Source of the DNA: Paecilomyces variotii | Taxonomy: Eukaryota | Assembly: GCA_004022145.1 (NCBI GenBank) | Contig: RCNU01000002.1 | Strand: one strand, 5' to 3' | DNA length: 64,000 nucleotides | Shown here: positions 49,857 through 62,897 of the stretch, piece by piece | Numbering within the stretch: the first letter of the stretch is position 1 | Layout of the letters: each line of letters starts with the position of its first letter | Notes under the pieces: generated by a model | What the model was told of the DNA's origin: nothing | Databases searched by the model: none | The model's input: the letters and a program-made list of their open reading frames with translations, nothing else | Made by a program: the position numbers and the translations under genes

Positions 49857-50160
49857 ATGAAGGTGGATTCATAAAGGTGGATAGATGGATGAAGGTGGAC
49901 GGAAGAAGATGGATGGATCTGGAGCGAAGCTCGCTGAGCTTAACTTTTCTAGCAACTTGCTCAGCCTATTTATCTCTGTGGGTGGAGCTAGCAGGCGTGG
50001 GAGAAACCCAACAAGAGGGAGGCCTGCATGTAGGCAGGCACCGACAATGGATGAAGGTAGATAGATGAAGGTGGATGGATGAAGGTGGATGAGTGAAGAG
50101 TGGACGAAGAGTGAATGACGAGATTGATGATGAGTGGATAATAAGTGGATGAATGATGAA
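49857..50160. repeat. Degenerate purine-rich GATGAAGGTG(GATG) repeats in two clusters
   Basis: Multiple gaaggtggat/gatgaaggt copies at ~49857-49920 and ~50047-50160. Confidence 0.7.
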
Positions 50161-50502
50161 GCAAGCCAGATTACTTGGTCAGGATAGTTGCGTGAGGTGA
50201 AGAAGCTTATAGAGCTACAGTTGTATGCATTTACCTACTTTTCGGCAAGCACTAGTACTATATACAGACATTGCTATCCAAAAGTGGTAGATCTATAGGA
50301 AGGAAGCACTCGCTAATCCAAGAACGTAGCACTGATATCATGTCGTGTCTATAAATCATCAGGAACGCTAATAAGCCAGTTCTTCTTGTTTCCAAAACAT
50401 CCAAATGATGCTCTCAGAACTGTGGGGGCGGCGTATTTGCTAGGCAGAACGTATGGTAAAATGACAAGACAAGAAAAGCAAAAGAAACGGTCATATCTAT
50501 CC

Positions 50503-53500
50503 TTACAAGTTCATCGTGACGGTCATGCTATTGCTGTGTACCAGCAGACAGGGCGGTAGTCCTTGCCACAGGATTTCCATGTCGCTGAGATATGACTGAC
50601 AGGCAGCTTCATCACGTCGCGTACCTTCGATGGGAGAGGGAAGAGTACTGAATATCACTGCCGTTTCGTGACTGTGCATGGCCATCAGTTCGTTGAGGAT
50701 CAAATGCTGTGCCCGGCAGGGCAGGTCATTGAAAGAGAGCGCCATAGAGGCTTGAGATGGGAAACCAGAGGCAGGCCCGGCGCTTGCTGGAGTAGGAGTA
50801 GGAGAAGGCGATGGATGAGCGTATATAGATTCATGTACATGGGGCGTAAAATCACGGCCCGGACGAGGTGGGGATCCGCTCGCGAACATGATGGAAGGAC
50901 CGGGGCCTTCATCGGGATTGACCTTGGTTTCTGGAATTGGGGCTGACGTGAATCGGTTGCTGGATGCAGTACGCGGAATTGGGTTTCTGGTAGGTGTTTG
51001 CTGCTCATTCGTATTTGTAGCCGTGATCATTGGCGGTGTTCGTTGACCGGCTTGGTTCTTAGAACTGCCACCAGCTTCGCCTGACCCGAGAGTGACATCC
51101 GCACTCTTTGAACGCCTCAGGGTACCCGGGGTAGGGGGTCCAGCTGGTTTCTTAGATCCTGGGGAGACGCTGCCTTCTGCCTCACTCTCTTCGCCCGGAT
51201 CGCTCACATAGGGTTCGAAATCGCTCTCTTCGCTGTCGGATGTTTCCGAGCTACTCTCCGCATGAGCATCGACGAATGAGTCTAGCAGGCGGTGCGTCTG
51301 CATACCCATGCTAACCCCAAGACCGCCGAAACTTGAGATCGAACGTCGTCTCTTGGAAGACTCGATCAGCCGTCTGATGCCTTCAAAGCGCTGAGTCGGT
51401 TTGTGCCGTCCTTCCAGAAATGAAGTATTGGGCATTTGACCCAGCAGCTTGGATATCTTGTTCAGTTTACTTTGAGACCGAAGATCCTGAGATCCCTTGC
51501 GAAGGTTCTGGAGTCCCCGCCACCAGGCCTCGTCTTTCAGAGCAGAGTCGACCTTATCCACAGTCTCGGCCATTCTCGGTGATGTATCGCCATTTACAAT
51601 GACCTGATACGTCTTCACATCACCACTGGCAAGCCAGAAAACAAGGACTTCGGCCTCGATCCGTAATTTCTCGAGCAGTGTTTCCACTCGGCCACGTTCT
51701 TCATCCACATCAGTCTCATACTCGACAAAGACTGCGACACGCAGTTTGTAGCTTTTCTTCCACGACGGGACAGTGTTAAGGATGCAACCCAATTGAAGGA
51801 TGAGAGTATAGGTGTCGAAATTGGTGGTAAGGACATTCTGCTTGCTTTCTCTGTCTGCAGCCAGCTCAGCAGACATCTGAATTGGCCAAAGATCGATGTA
51901 TTTCTTGGTGTTCTGTCCAGTGGCATTCGGCAGCTCGAGTTCTTCGAAACCTTTCGCGACTGCTACATTGATGCGAAGCTTGAACAGAAGATCCTCCAGA
52001 ATGGTCATGTAGCTCTGTTCACTGATCGGGTTGGCCTGTTTTATCTGTTGCGAATGGTCGCCAGTTCTATGAGAGGCGGAAGACTGTCTCCGTAAAGCCG
52101 TGGGGGATGTGACAATCTCAACAGGGGACTTCTCCTTGCGATATTGGTCGATGACAACTATGTTCGGTCTCATCCCGCCCAGACCAGAGTTCAAGACGAT
52201 ATTTCTCACTCCCCACTCTGCACTTGGAGACACTGAGATGTTGATAAAAGCCTTGACCTTCGAGTACTCAATAAACTTCGTCCATGCACTTTGTTGCCGG
52301 CGAGCTTCGAGGACGGAGTTTTCAAAGTCGTCCGTCACGATAACGTGACCGAGAACAAACAAAGCACCCTTCTTCAACGCATTGCAAAAGTGAATCATCT
52401 TGTACTGGGTATCATAGTCGTTCACAAACAAAAGGATCTGCGGTCGCCAGAACTTGACGTGCTCCTGTTTCAGACGCAGCAGGTATTTTCGGACCTGATG
52501 ATAGATCAAACTCTGGCTCACATCACCCCACGATTTCGGAGGAGAGGTGTAGTGTATCATCAAAAAGAGGATGACGAGGATGCCAACACAACCAGTTGCA
52601 TACAGACCGTCCACGAAGAACATACAGATCCCGCTAAGTAAGGTTCCGGCGGCTGCTGTGTACCAGTTGAAGTAGTGGAAAGAGGGCCTGAAATTCGGTG
52701 CGGAGCTGATCTTTAACAGGAAACATGCAAGATTTGTCCCCAAAAAAGTCATGAGGTAAGTCATCGTTATGAACGATGCGATTTTATTGATGTCCAACAA
52801 CATCGAGAGCTGGGTGACAATCAAGGTCAGAAAGATCGCATACGTAGGCTCGTCAGTTTTCTTACTCCCCTGGCCAAAGATTGAGAGACCAGGTAGCAAT
52901 CTGTCCCGAGCAATCGCTTGTAAAAGCTTCGCTGAACCGATCACTCCCATCAAGGAAGAAAAGAAACTTGTCGCAAATTCTCCGAGCAGGACAATGCCAC
53001 TGGAAATATTCGTCTAGAGCCTTTCTTTCAGTGAACGCCCCCGTGTGCCAGTGTGGCGTGAGACTTACAACTTGAATAATATTGACATTATTGTAGAAGG
53101 ATTGTCTGGTAATAGAAGCCGCCATGGAGACAATAACGAGAGTATAAGTGACGAACGTCAGGGCAAGACCAGAGAGGGTGCCCTTAGGGATCGACTTGCT
53201 TGGGTTCTTGAGATCTCCGGACATACTTGCGCCTCTATTAAATGTCAGCTTGTGTATCTTCTGGCACGAGGTAAACAATACACATACGCGAAGATCCCTC
53301 CAGTAGCCGGGAACAAGATCCCAAAAAGGTCCTGAAAGTTTTCACGCCCGCGAAGCTGGCTGCCAGCCGCTCCTTTCGTGAGTCTCGGTTTCAAATTCTC
53401 AAGGAATGTCCGCATTCGGAACCCAGTGAACTCGACTCCCAGCTGCGGGGCATAAAAAGGCTTCATCACCAGTGCAGAAACCGGGATGCTCAGAGTAGAG

Positions 53501-54442
53501 ACCAGGAGTATGACAAGCAGCCCGTTGCTCGCCCTCGAGAAAATAGAGCTGCCAGCGAGACAGATCGCCGTGCAGAGAACCATCACAATAGTTCCCCAAA
53601 GATACTGCCACCAGAACCCTTCTTGGAGGAAGTTGGCCCATGTACCAGACACTGTGCCAAAGTTCTCAACAAAACAGTCGATCAAACCGACCGCGTTCAT
53701 ACCGGTGTTAAAAACAAACCCCAGATAAAAGACTATTCCGATTGAACCACCAAATTCGGGCCCCAGTGACCGGGATATCAGATAATAGGCGCCTCCACCA
53801 CGGACTGTCCCGTTCGTTGCAATGGCGGAAATCGACATGGTGGTCACGAGATTGATCATATAAGAAGCAATTAGCATGCCTGAGATCCGTTAGCATACTA
53901 CATGATATAGTAGAATGCAAGCACATACCCAGCATGCCAATGACACCGCTCTGTCCCAGAATGAATCCGAAACGGAGGAACATAAGAATACTGAGAACAT
54001 TGAGGGTGGTAGGAACAAAGACCCCCGAGAATGTCCCAAGTTTGTTCGAATTGTCCATATGAACTGGGTGATGTCTGTGTGTGTTTGTATCCCTCTTGTC
54101 CACGTCTATCGCCACCGAGCTCCCATGAAATGGCTGTGTATCGGAAATATCTTGTCTTCCATGACGCTGCTTTCCATCGCGCGAGGGTAATAGCTTCCCA
54201 AACCACCTCCCTGTCTGATTATGTTCCCGAGGCTCAGGCTGCGATCTGGATGTGAGCGGCTCATATGGACTGGGCGTTTGGCTCGACTGGCCATTTGATG
54301 GACGGAGACTGTCAGCTGCAGAGGCATCGAGGAATTCGTCTGGAGCCAGTCTGGAATCGTCTTCCGCAGCGGTGCGCGTGGAAAACTTTGGCCGTCCTCG
54401 CAAGGACGGCCTCGAAGCACCCGAAGCTCCTCCCGCTGTCAT
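50503..54442 (-). CDS. VHC1: SLC12 cation-chloride cotransporter, vacuolar Vhc1-like (4 exons)
   Basis: KLGTFSGVFVPTTLNVLSILMFLRFG, SAIATNGTVRGGGAYYLISRSLGPEFGGSIG, SGDLKNPSKSIPKGT, APNFRPSF and HVKFWRPQIL. Confidence 0.93.
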
Positions 54443-55125
54443 CTTTAGATCCGATTACCTCCTATTCCCAAATGTATAGCATGGTCAACAAATATATCAG
54501 AGGGGATTTTTGTTCGATTAGCGGTCTCAGATCGTCGGGCCCCTGGGAGAGTGGAGCCCTCGTTTGTTTGAAGTTCGCCCAGTGTTAGAGGTAATACGGA
54601 GTAGACAGTGTAGATGCGGATAGGGATTATTATGGAGCCTGCACTAGGGCAGAATGGTATATAACTAAAAGTGGTCCTCGATAAGAATTGCCTTGTCAAT
54701 GTCCAAGAATTTGGTATTATTGTTGTTCCTGCAAATCTAGCCTATGGTTATGACCTCACAGCGCAGGCACGAGCAAACAGAGCAAACAGTCTGCCTTCCC
54801 GATTATCACAACGTGCTGCGGATTGTCTCCGATAACATAATTGGGGTTCTGGAAAGACAGGGCATTTTGGAAGTGTTAGAAGGAGCTACATCGCTCCACG
54901 ACAAACTCGCTGTTGGGATCATCGATCAACTGAATTTCTGATTCATTGGCACTCGATAACGATAACAGGACGCTACTAGCTAGCTGGCTGTCGGACTCCA
55001 CCGCCAGTGTTGCTGGACCAGCTGAACACTCAGACCAAGTCACGTCCTGTGTTGATCCAATACCTTCACTTCTCTATGAATCCCTGAATCTACCCTCGCA
55101 CAGCCACAGCAAGCAAATCAACACG

Positions 55126-57439
55126 ATGGCAGATAATGGAGAAGGCCCGTCCTCTTTGACGGCCCAACCGCTGCGGATATCGCGCTCACCTGGGCGTTCT
55201 CCAGCTCGTTCACCTCACTCTGCGTCTCCAACAGCTGATCCTGTGACACGACAGGCCTCTATCGCACGATTGGCATCGCCGGTTCCATCCCTGTCGAGTA
55301 GCCCAGCCCAAGGATGGCAAGTCCCGGTAGCGAGTCAACGTCCTAATGGCAAGCAGCCAGAGCTGCCGGCCGTGGAGAACAGAGCGTCTCTCCCTGGACC
55401 CGGACAATCAGCTCTCGCATCTGCGTTGCAGAATACTTTGGGCCGTTCACCACCTCAGTTTGGTACGCCTGGGAGACGTTCAGCATCACCTGCAATAGCA
55501 CATCAAAGTTCCACTCTTGACAAAGCCCCAAACACGGCATATGGATCATTCGAGACTCGAGCAGGTTCGGAATACTCAAGTGCAGCGCCTTACGAGGACC
55601 CCGAGGTCGTCAAACGCCATTTGGTACAACCGCAGAAGGTTTCAGAGAGTAGAGGCTCCAGGTCCCCTGAGGATGACGGGAGGAACGCAGATGATGATGA
55701 ATTCTCAAGTCTTAAACTTCAAGGTGGTGATATTACGAGACAGGTCTACCGGTGGACGGAGGACGCAGAAGCCCAAGCTTCTGGATATCGTAGACATGCT
55801 CGCAGTCGCAGTTTCACTATTGACCGGCCGCAGCCGGAAGATGAAACTATGAACATAAACTCAATCAGAGTGCCTGGTGGATTTCGAAGAGATTACATTC
55901 GACGAACAGTCGGCAGTCCAGCACCTGGGACTCCCCGCAATCCTGACCAGCGGGCCCGGCCCCAGCTGTTTACTAGCAGTTTCCTGGAATTTCTTACGCT
56001 CTACGGTCACTTTGCTGGAGAAGAACTCGAGGAGGATGATGAAGTCCTCGGCCCCGGCGAGTACTTCTCATCAGATGCTTGGGATGAAGAAAGAGAGCCA
56101 GGGGAGGATTCTGCCCTGCTTCGTCCGGAGACCCCTGGAAAGAAGAAACGGAAGCACAAAGAACGAGGAGGTACGGGCAGCAACACAGTGACTGGTGCTG
56201 CTTTGCTACTATTAAAATCCTTTGTCGGCACTGGCGTGCTCTTCCTCCCCAGAGCCTTCCTGAACGGAGGCATGCTGTTCAGCAGTGTTGTACTGCTGGT
56301 TGTCTCGCTGCTGAGCTACTACTGCTTCATTCTGCTGGTGAATACTCGTCTCAAAGTCGATGGCTCTTTTGGTGACATTGGAGGTGTACTCTATGGCAAG
56401 CACATGAGGAGGATCATCCTTGGATCGATTGTGTTGAGTCAGTTAGGTTTCGTCGCCGCATACATCGTCTTCACTTCCGAGAATCTGCAGGCTTTCATCC
56501 TTGCTGTCAGCAAGTGTAAGTCGTTTATCGATATCAAGTATATGGTATTGATGCAATTGATCATCTTCCTACCTCTGTCCTTGATCCGCGATATAAGCAA
56601 GCTTGGGTTCACTGCGCTGATTGCAGATGCTTTTATCATGCTTGGTCTCATCTACCTCTACTACTACGATGTCAGCACAATTGTCAGCAATCACGGTGTC
56701 GCTGATATTAAGCCTTTCAACCCATCGACATGGACTCTTTTCATCGGTACTGCCATCTTCACGTATGAGGGAGTTGGTCTCATCATCCCCATCCAGGAGT
56801 CGATGAAGCACCCACACAAATTTCCTGCGGTTCTTGCCGCAGTCATGGTAGGCATCACGGTGATATTCCTATCGGCTGGAGCTCTTAGCTACGCAGCTTA
56901 TGGCTCGACAACCAAGACCGTTATCCTGCTCAACCTTCCTCAGGACGACAAGTTTGTCAATGCTGTACAATTCCTCTATTCGCTGGCGATCTTGCTCAGT
57001 ACACCGCTTCAGCTGTTCCCGGCTATCCGTATCATGGAGAATGAGCTCTTCACTCGAAGTGGCAAGTACAACCCCGGCATCAAATGGAAGAAGAACTTTT
57101 TCCGCTTCGTTTTGGTCATGTTCTGCGCGCTGGTGGCATGGGGTGGAGCAGATGATCTTGACAAGTTCGTCTCTCTGGTCGGCAGCTTTGCTTGTGTGCC
57201 TTTGGTTTATGTATACCCGGTAAGTTCCCAGGAGATTGGCGTTTGTCTTGAACTGATATCTAACCATTCTGTAGCCGCTACTGCACCTTAGAGGCTGTGC
57301 CGGATCTCGTCGTCAAAAATTCGCCGATATCGCCCTCGCCTGTTTTGGTGTGGTCAGTTGTATCTACACCACTAGCCTGACGATTTACAATTGGGTTGGT
57401 GGAGAGGTCGCTCACACGCCTGGATACTGCGATTCATGA
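55126..57439 (+). CDS. Vacuolar amino-acid exporter, Avt3/Avt4-like (intron 57220-57274)
   Basis: LQGGDITR, PGGFRR, FLEFLTLYGHFAGE, LLKSFVGTGVLFLP, FTYEGVGLIIPIQESM and KWKKN. Confidence 0.93.
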
Positions 57440-58021
57440 TTGCCATCTTTTTCCTGGACTCTCTTCATGCGCTATTTTGAACTGCCCTGCATTGCATCCT
57501 CTTGGTCAGTTTCCGCTCTTGGAATCGAGAGTTTTTTCTGGCTATATGTTCCCTTTTGCGTCTCGGCTATGGACATTCTAGCATATCACGAGCATCATGT
57601 ACGTATGCTTATATAGAAGTTGGAAGATCCCTTCCTGTATCTCTTATGTTCGGTCTCAGCAGTTGGTTTTTGCTTTGGCTAGTTTGATAGATTCGCTCTT
57701 GCATTGATACACCGAACATGAAGATCGGATAGATCTATTCAGATATATTGCTTGGACCTCACTTGAATAATGACCTATACTTATTAGGAAATGCGGACTG
57801 AAGACTATCACAGTACTATGATATATCCACACAGATACGATGACTCGCAAATCGCACATCCCAGACCGTGACCATTTTATTCGATGCATGTGGTACTACT
57901 ATTTACAAGTTCAATGAAAGACAAACAAAACGAACAGCGCAAATGATATGCGTCAATAGATCAGTGACAAGATAGTATAGCAAACGGAACGGAACTAGAC
58001 CGCCCCATCTATAGAAGCTCT

Positions 58022-58880
58022 CTATGCACCTGTTTCCGCAGCAGTCTTGCCGGCCTCGGCGCCCTTAGCGGCGAGAGCCTTTTCCCGACCACCCCAGCTG
58101 TGAAGAACACACTTTGTCAGCTTCATGTCGCTTTAAAACCCACATTATGATACGATTCCGCAAAGTCTCAAAACGCGACATGCCACAAACGCTGTCACAA
58201 GAAAGGAAGGGGGGCGCTGATAACATACTTCCAGTAGTTCAAATACCGGTATCCCTGCGTGACCTGCGCGCTGAAGTTGACGGCGTGACAAGCGAAGAGG
58301 AGGTAGTTCTTAGGGGTGACGGCGAGAGCGTAGCGGGCGAAAGTAGCAGAGTAGATGACCAGGGCACCTGTCATTGTTCCGGAGATGCTGGGGAGAAGAA
58401 TTCGAAGTTAGTTACAGACGACATCATCTGTATTACGTGCCATATTCCTTCTGGTTTTCGTTCGCATATACAGGATACGGGTATGCATGCAGAATGAAAA
58501 TCGAAGGAAGGGAGAGAGAGAGAGAAAGCGCATACATCTCAGGATCCTTCTGCGTGTCCATCACCGCTGCGATGGGGATACCGAAGTTGGAGACAGGGCC
58601 CCAGAAATCTGTTTCATGAACAAACGGCATAGCATTAGCGATATAGTTCAATCCAAGTCCTTGTTTTCGCATCTCTTTCTTTCGCAGCAATTAAAAAAGA
58701 ACACTCGACTCATCCAAGGCCGTAGATCAGATATCGCCCTGTTTGCGGGGAGCAAAGAGGGTAGGGATAGCTAGTTAACTATATCAATCTGGGAATTAGT
58801 CACGTACGTGTTGAGCAGACATAGTCGAGGACTTTGTTGGAACGGATCTTCGCATTGATCGCCTTGATCGCGGCCGCCAT
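58022..58880 (-). CDS. MPC1: Mitochondrial pyruvate carrier subunit 1 (4 exons)
   Basis: Splicing gives [56 protein letters not shown]. Confidence 0.95.
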
Positions 58881-59512
58881 GGTGGAAGAAGGGGTTGCGA
58901 AGAGGAGAGGAGATTGAGGAATGAGTGGTGGTGGTGGTGGTGAAGAAACGTTGGAAGCTGGGGAATAGTTCGATCGCGCTGGAGAATCGGCTGGCGGTTC
59001 TTTGGATCTCCCGATCGTCCCAAGTTGGTCACCGATTTTCCCCATACGGTTGGCCCGCGGACTTAACCGGGGAAAAGGTCACGTGTGCCGCGCTCCCGCA
59101 TTTTGTCCAGTGCGCATAATTATTGGAATTATTGGAATTAGATGTGAGATATGGAGGATTTGATTTTATGCAGCGTCACTTGATGCCTAATATGTTAATT
59201 GGGAAATGGAGAGAAAAGAGACCACAGGAATTATACTTGATTCCATTCTACAAGCTAACACACGCATGAGACTTTTTGCACGCTTCTTTCTGGTATTACT
59301 TTTGAGGTCCTGACTATGCAAATATGGCGTTATTCTGCTGCTTGAGCACTCCTTAACCTCCATCCGCACGCGCCGTAACGCCTGGCCTGGTAGCTCCGGT
59401 AAGTCTACCTTTTTTATGGCTGTAAATAGGGATGGTCCAGTCAAATCGTTCCGCCCATCGGTCACGGTCTGCAAGTTTGATACATAATGCGACATCCGAC
59501 AAAAATTCCTTC

Positions 59513-60503
59513 TCAACGACCACCAAATCCTGGAGGGAAGCCGCGTCCTCCGCCGGGGGGCTGGAAGCCAGGGGGTGGTTGGAATCCGGCAGCTGAATTG
59601 ACCGTCAGTATAGGGACGTCACGATGTGGATATCGAGTATACTTACGAGGTCCTCCCGGGGCGCCAGGGGCGGCAAATCCAGGCGGGGGCGCAAAGCCAG
59701 CTAGAACTCCAAGTTAGCAAAAGCCCGTAGCCTAGCATTAGAAAATCACGTAACGTACGAGGTCCTCCCGGTGGTCCTCCACGGCCGGCGAATCCTGGGG
59801 GTGGTGCTCCAGGGAAACCGCCTGGAGGAAAGCCTCCAAATCCACCAGGGGGTGGGGGTCCTCCAACACCAGCAGCTGGTCCTCCAAGTCCAACAGGCAG
59901 GCCTCGTCCCGCCGGTCTGCTGATTCCAGGTCCTGCAGCAAGAGTGGCAGCGGCGGCAGCAGTACCACCGGGGATGCTGGTTCCCAACCGAGCCGAAGGG
60001 TCTGCAGGGGGAGGTCCATCAACTGAGCAAGAAACAACGTGCGTTCCGCGAACAATTGTCAACCCCAGAGTTCTCTTCTCTTCGGACTCGACGAGCGGGG
60101 CATTGGGGGGACCTGGTGTGGGCTTATTCGATCTCCGTTTCACGCGGCGGAACTCTTCCGTGTCTGCAAGAACAAGGTTCATGTGCTATAAAGACGTTAG
60201 CGACTAACTGCCCAGGCACAAAGGAAGAAAGAAAGAAGACAGACCTTATCAAAAGCAAGCATCTGTCCGGTCATCTGTCGGCCATCGGTCAAGGTCACCC
60301 TCATCCGGTAGTTGATCTGGTGCACCACGTTAGTTCTCGAAAAGTGTTGCGCGCAACGCGAGTATCATCCTGGACGAGATCAAAAGAGGGACCTACGAGA
60401 TTTTGCTAGACACCGTTCGTCAGCTGGAGCTGTCAACAAAGCTCTGCATCGCGTAGGAAGGGAAAGGACTTACCATCTTGCCCTGCTTGTTGGCGGCCGC
60501 CAT
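59513..60503 (-). CDS. SMB1: Spliceosomal core protein SmB (6 exons incl. a 9-nt microexon)
   Basis: KQGKMQNLINYRMRVTLTDGRQMTGQMLAFDKHMNLVLADTEEFR...EEKRTLGL...RG, followed by a Pro/Gly-rich tail. Confidence 0.95.
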
Positions 60504-60812
60504 GGTTCGGTCCGGTGCGCACGAATGCGACTTGAGACCAGGGATCCAAAGAATAGATGTCAGACACAAGGAATACGAGACTCCCTGTGGTGCAATGCGG
60601 TGCAGTCAACCCAAGAGGTTCCAGCACTTCGTCGCGGAGGTTGGAGCTTCGCCAAGGTCGGCGGCTGTTGCTAGCGCCAACCGACGCGCCAAGGCGCTAA
60701 GGGCTTTTCGCTTCCCGACTCCACAGCACACACCACTTTCGCACACTTGAAAGAAGTTGTTGAATCTTCGAACCATCCACCCAGTCGACCAGTGCACACC
60801 CAACCAGTCGCC

Positions 60813-61585
60813 ATGGTATGTCCATTTATCGCCCTTTGATGGCCCTGCAATCATCTCCAGCATCTTCGCAAGATCTCACTTGCTAACAATCATGTCGTTG
60901 CAGTCGGAAGGAAAGGACAAGAGCGCGAACCCCATGCGCGAGCTGCGCATCCAGAAGCTCGTGCTGAACATCTCCGTCGGCGAGTCTGGTGACAGACTCA
61001 CCCGTGCTGCCAAGGTGCTCGAGCAGCTGAGCGGTCAGACTCCGGTCTACAGTAAGGACGCCGAATTCTGAATATTGAGGGGATCAATTTCGAGGAAAAT
61101 CGATGGCTGACGGATACTTTTTTCCACGATTGCAGGCAAGGCCCGTTACACCGTCCGTACCTTCGGTATCCGTCGTAACGAGAAGATTGCTGTCCACGTC
61201 ACCGTCCGTGGCCCCAAGGCTGAGGAGATCCTCGAGCGTGGTCTCAAGGTCAAGGAGTATGAGCTGAGGAAGCGCAACTTCTCCGAGACTGGCAACTTCG
61301 GTTTCGGTATCTCCGAGCACATCGATCTGGGTATCAAGTACGACCCCGGTATTGGTATCTACGGAATGGACTTCTACTGCTGCATGTGAGTTGAACCCGG
61401 GAAAACGACGGCAAGAATCAGGATAGGAAAGGAATGGTCAGACTGACCGGAAATATAGGACCCGTCCCGGTGAGCGTGTTGCTAAGCGCCGCCGCTGCAA
61501 GTCCAAGATCGGTACCAGCCACAAGATCAACCAGGCTGAGACCATCAAGTGGTTCAAGAACCGCTTCGAGGGTATTGTCCGATAA
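60813..61585 (+). CDS. RPL11: 60S ribosomal protein uL5/L11 (4 exons; coding part of exon 1 is the ATG only)
   Basis: [59 protein letters not shown] and [19 protein letters not shown]. Confidence 0.97.
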
Positions 61586-62897
61586 ATGTCCTGCTGAGTG
61601 TGCTTATTGTTATTCCTTTTGTGGGTGGAAAGGAATTGGGCTGTTTCACGAAAAAAATATCAGAAAAAGGACGCGGACAACAAAGACGTCTGCATCTTTC
61701 TGAATGTTTCTATCACGACATGAGGATAGGCGTGTTAGAGATATTTCAACCAACAAACAAATTCTTTTGAAACACACATTTCGCATCCAGACTTTTCAGA
61801 CAATGAAGGCTTTCACAAAGGGTGATTGTTTCCGCTTAACCATTGTTGAAAAGCACTGCAAAAGCTGCAGTCGCGTACCTTTGGGTCGGTGACTGCGGCG
61901 TTCTAGCTAGCCATGGATAGGACTCTGTCCTTGAACTGGCCGAGTGGATGCAGTTCCCCTCTTCGTCCTCCCTGCGGACTGGAGGTGGATGAGGCCTTTC
62001 TGATTCCTTTTACCTTCGATTCCTCGAAGTAGGCCGTGTCCGTGTACGGTCACGCTCGTAGTTCCGCCACAACTGCGCCGTAAGCACAACTCGAAAAAGG
62101 CATCGTAGAATCTCCAGAATCAGCCCAGCTCGCTCGAGCTGATCAATGTCCTCTCGTGAACTCGAATGCCATCTCGATCGAGGGACCTACTTCGTCGATA
62201 CGGAACCAAGAGCGAGGTTTCCAACCAGCTTTATATCCATCCAAGGCTCTAAAGGGAATATCATTTTAGCAGACATTATCAGAACCTCTTGCGTCTGTCG
62301 ATGAGCTACCTGCACAGCAGTGTCACAACTGAAGGGCCGCTAAGAAACAGTCATTTCTACCTTAAAAGCACACCCGTTCCGGTTGCCAGTGTTCAATATA
62401 TGGACCTGTGCAGGTCCCCTGACGCAATCTGTGATCTCTGATATAGTCCAGACAGCTTTCATCGAAAGTATTAGAGCCTCTTGATGCACGGTTATCTACC
62501 AGTAATGATGAGTTAGTTATTAATACTTGAAGTATCCGGAGATATCTTACTCCAGGAACATGTTAGCTATACAAAGATCATATCCAACGACAAATGCTTA
62601 GATCTATCAATTCTTAAGATACCATTGATTCTACTGAGATCGTCTTACGCTGTAATCAAGCCAGAGATCACTACACCTACTCGAATGGAAATACAGTATT
62701 ACTCATAACTTGAATGGTTCCAACCTGCTAAAAACCACTCACTGCAATTTCATCATGCAGGAATTCCAATGGTATCAATTTATCTCGCCACTACTCTTGA
62801 CTCCTGATCTCATATACAAAATATGAATATAATAATAATAAGAAGAATAAATCCATATAAAAAAAAATTGCGACAATCTCCTAAGTCCATCACACAA

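Noticed and set aside
54946..55125. In-frame TTG-initiated N-terminal extension of the AVT3-like ORF (similar non-ATG extensions precede MSM1, the MFS gene and gene 1)
   Set aside because: Artefact of the ORF caller allowing TTG/GTG starts. The downstream ATGs have suitable context.
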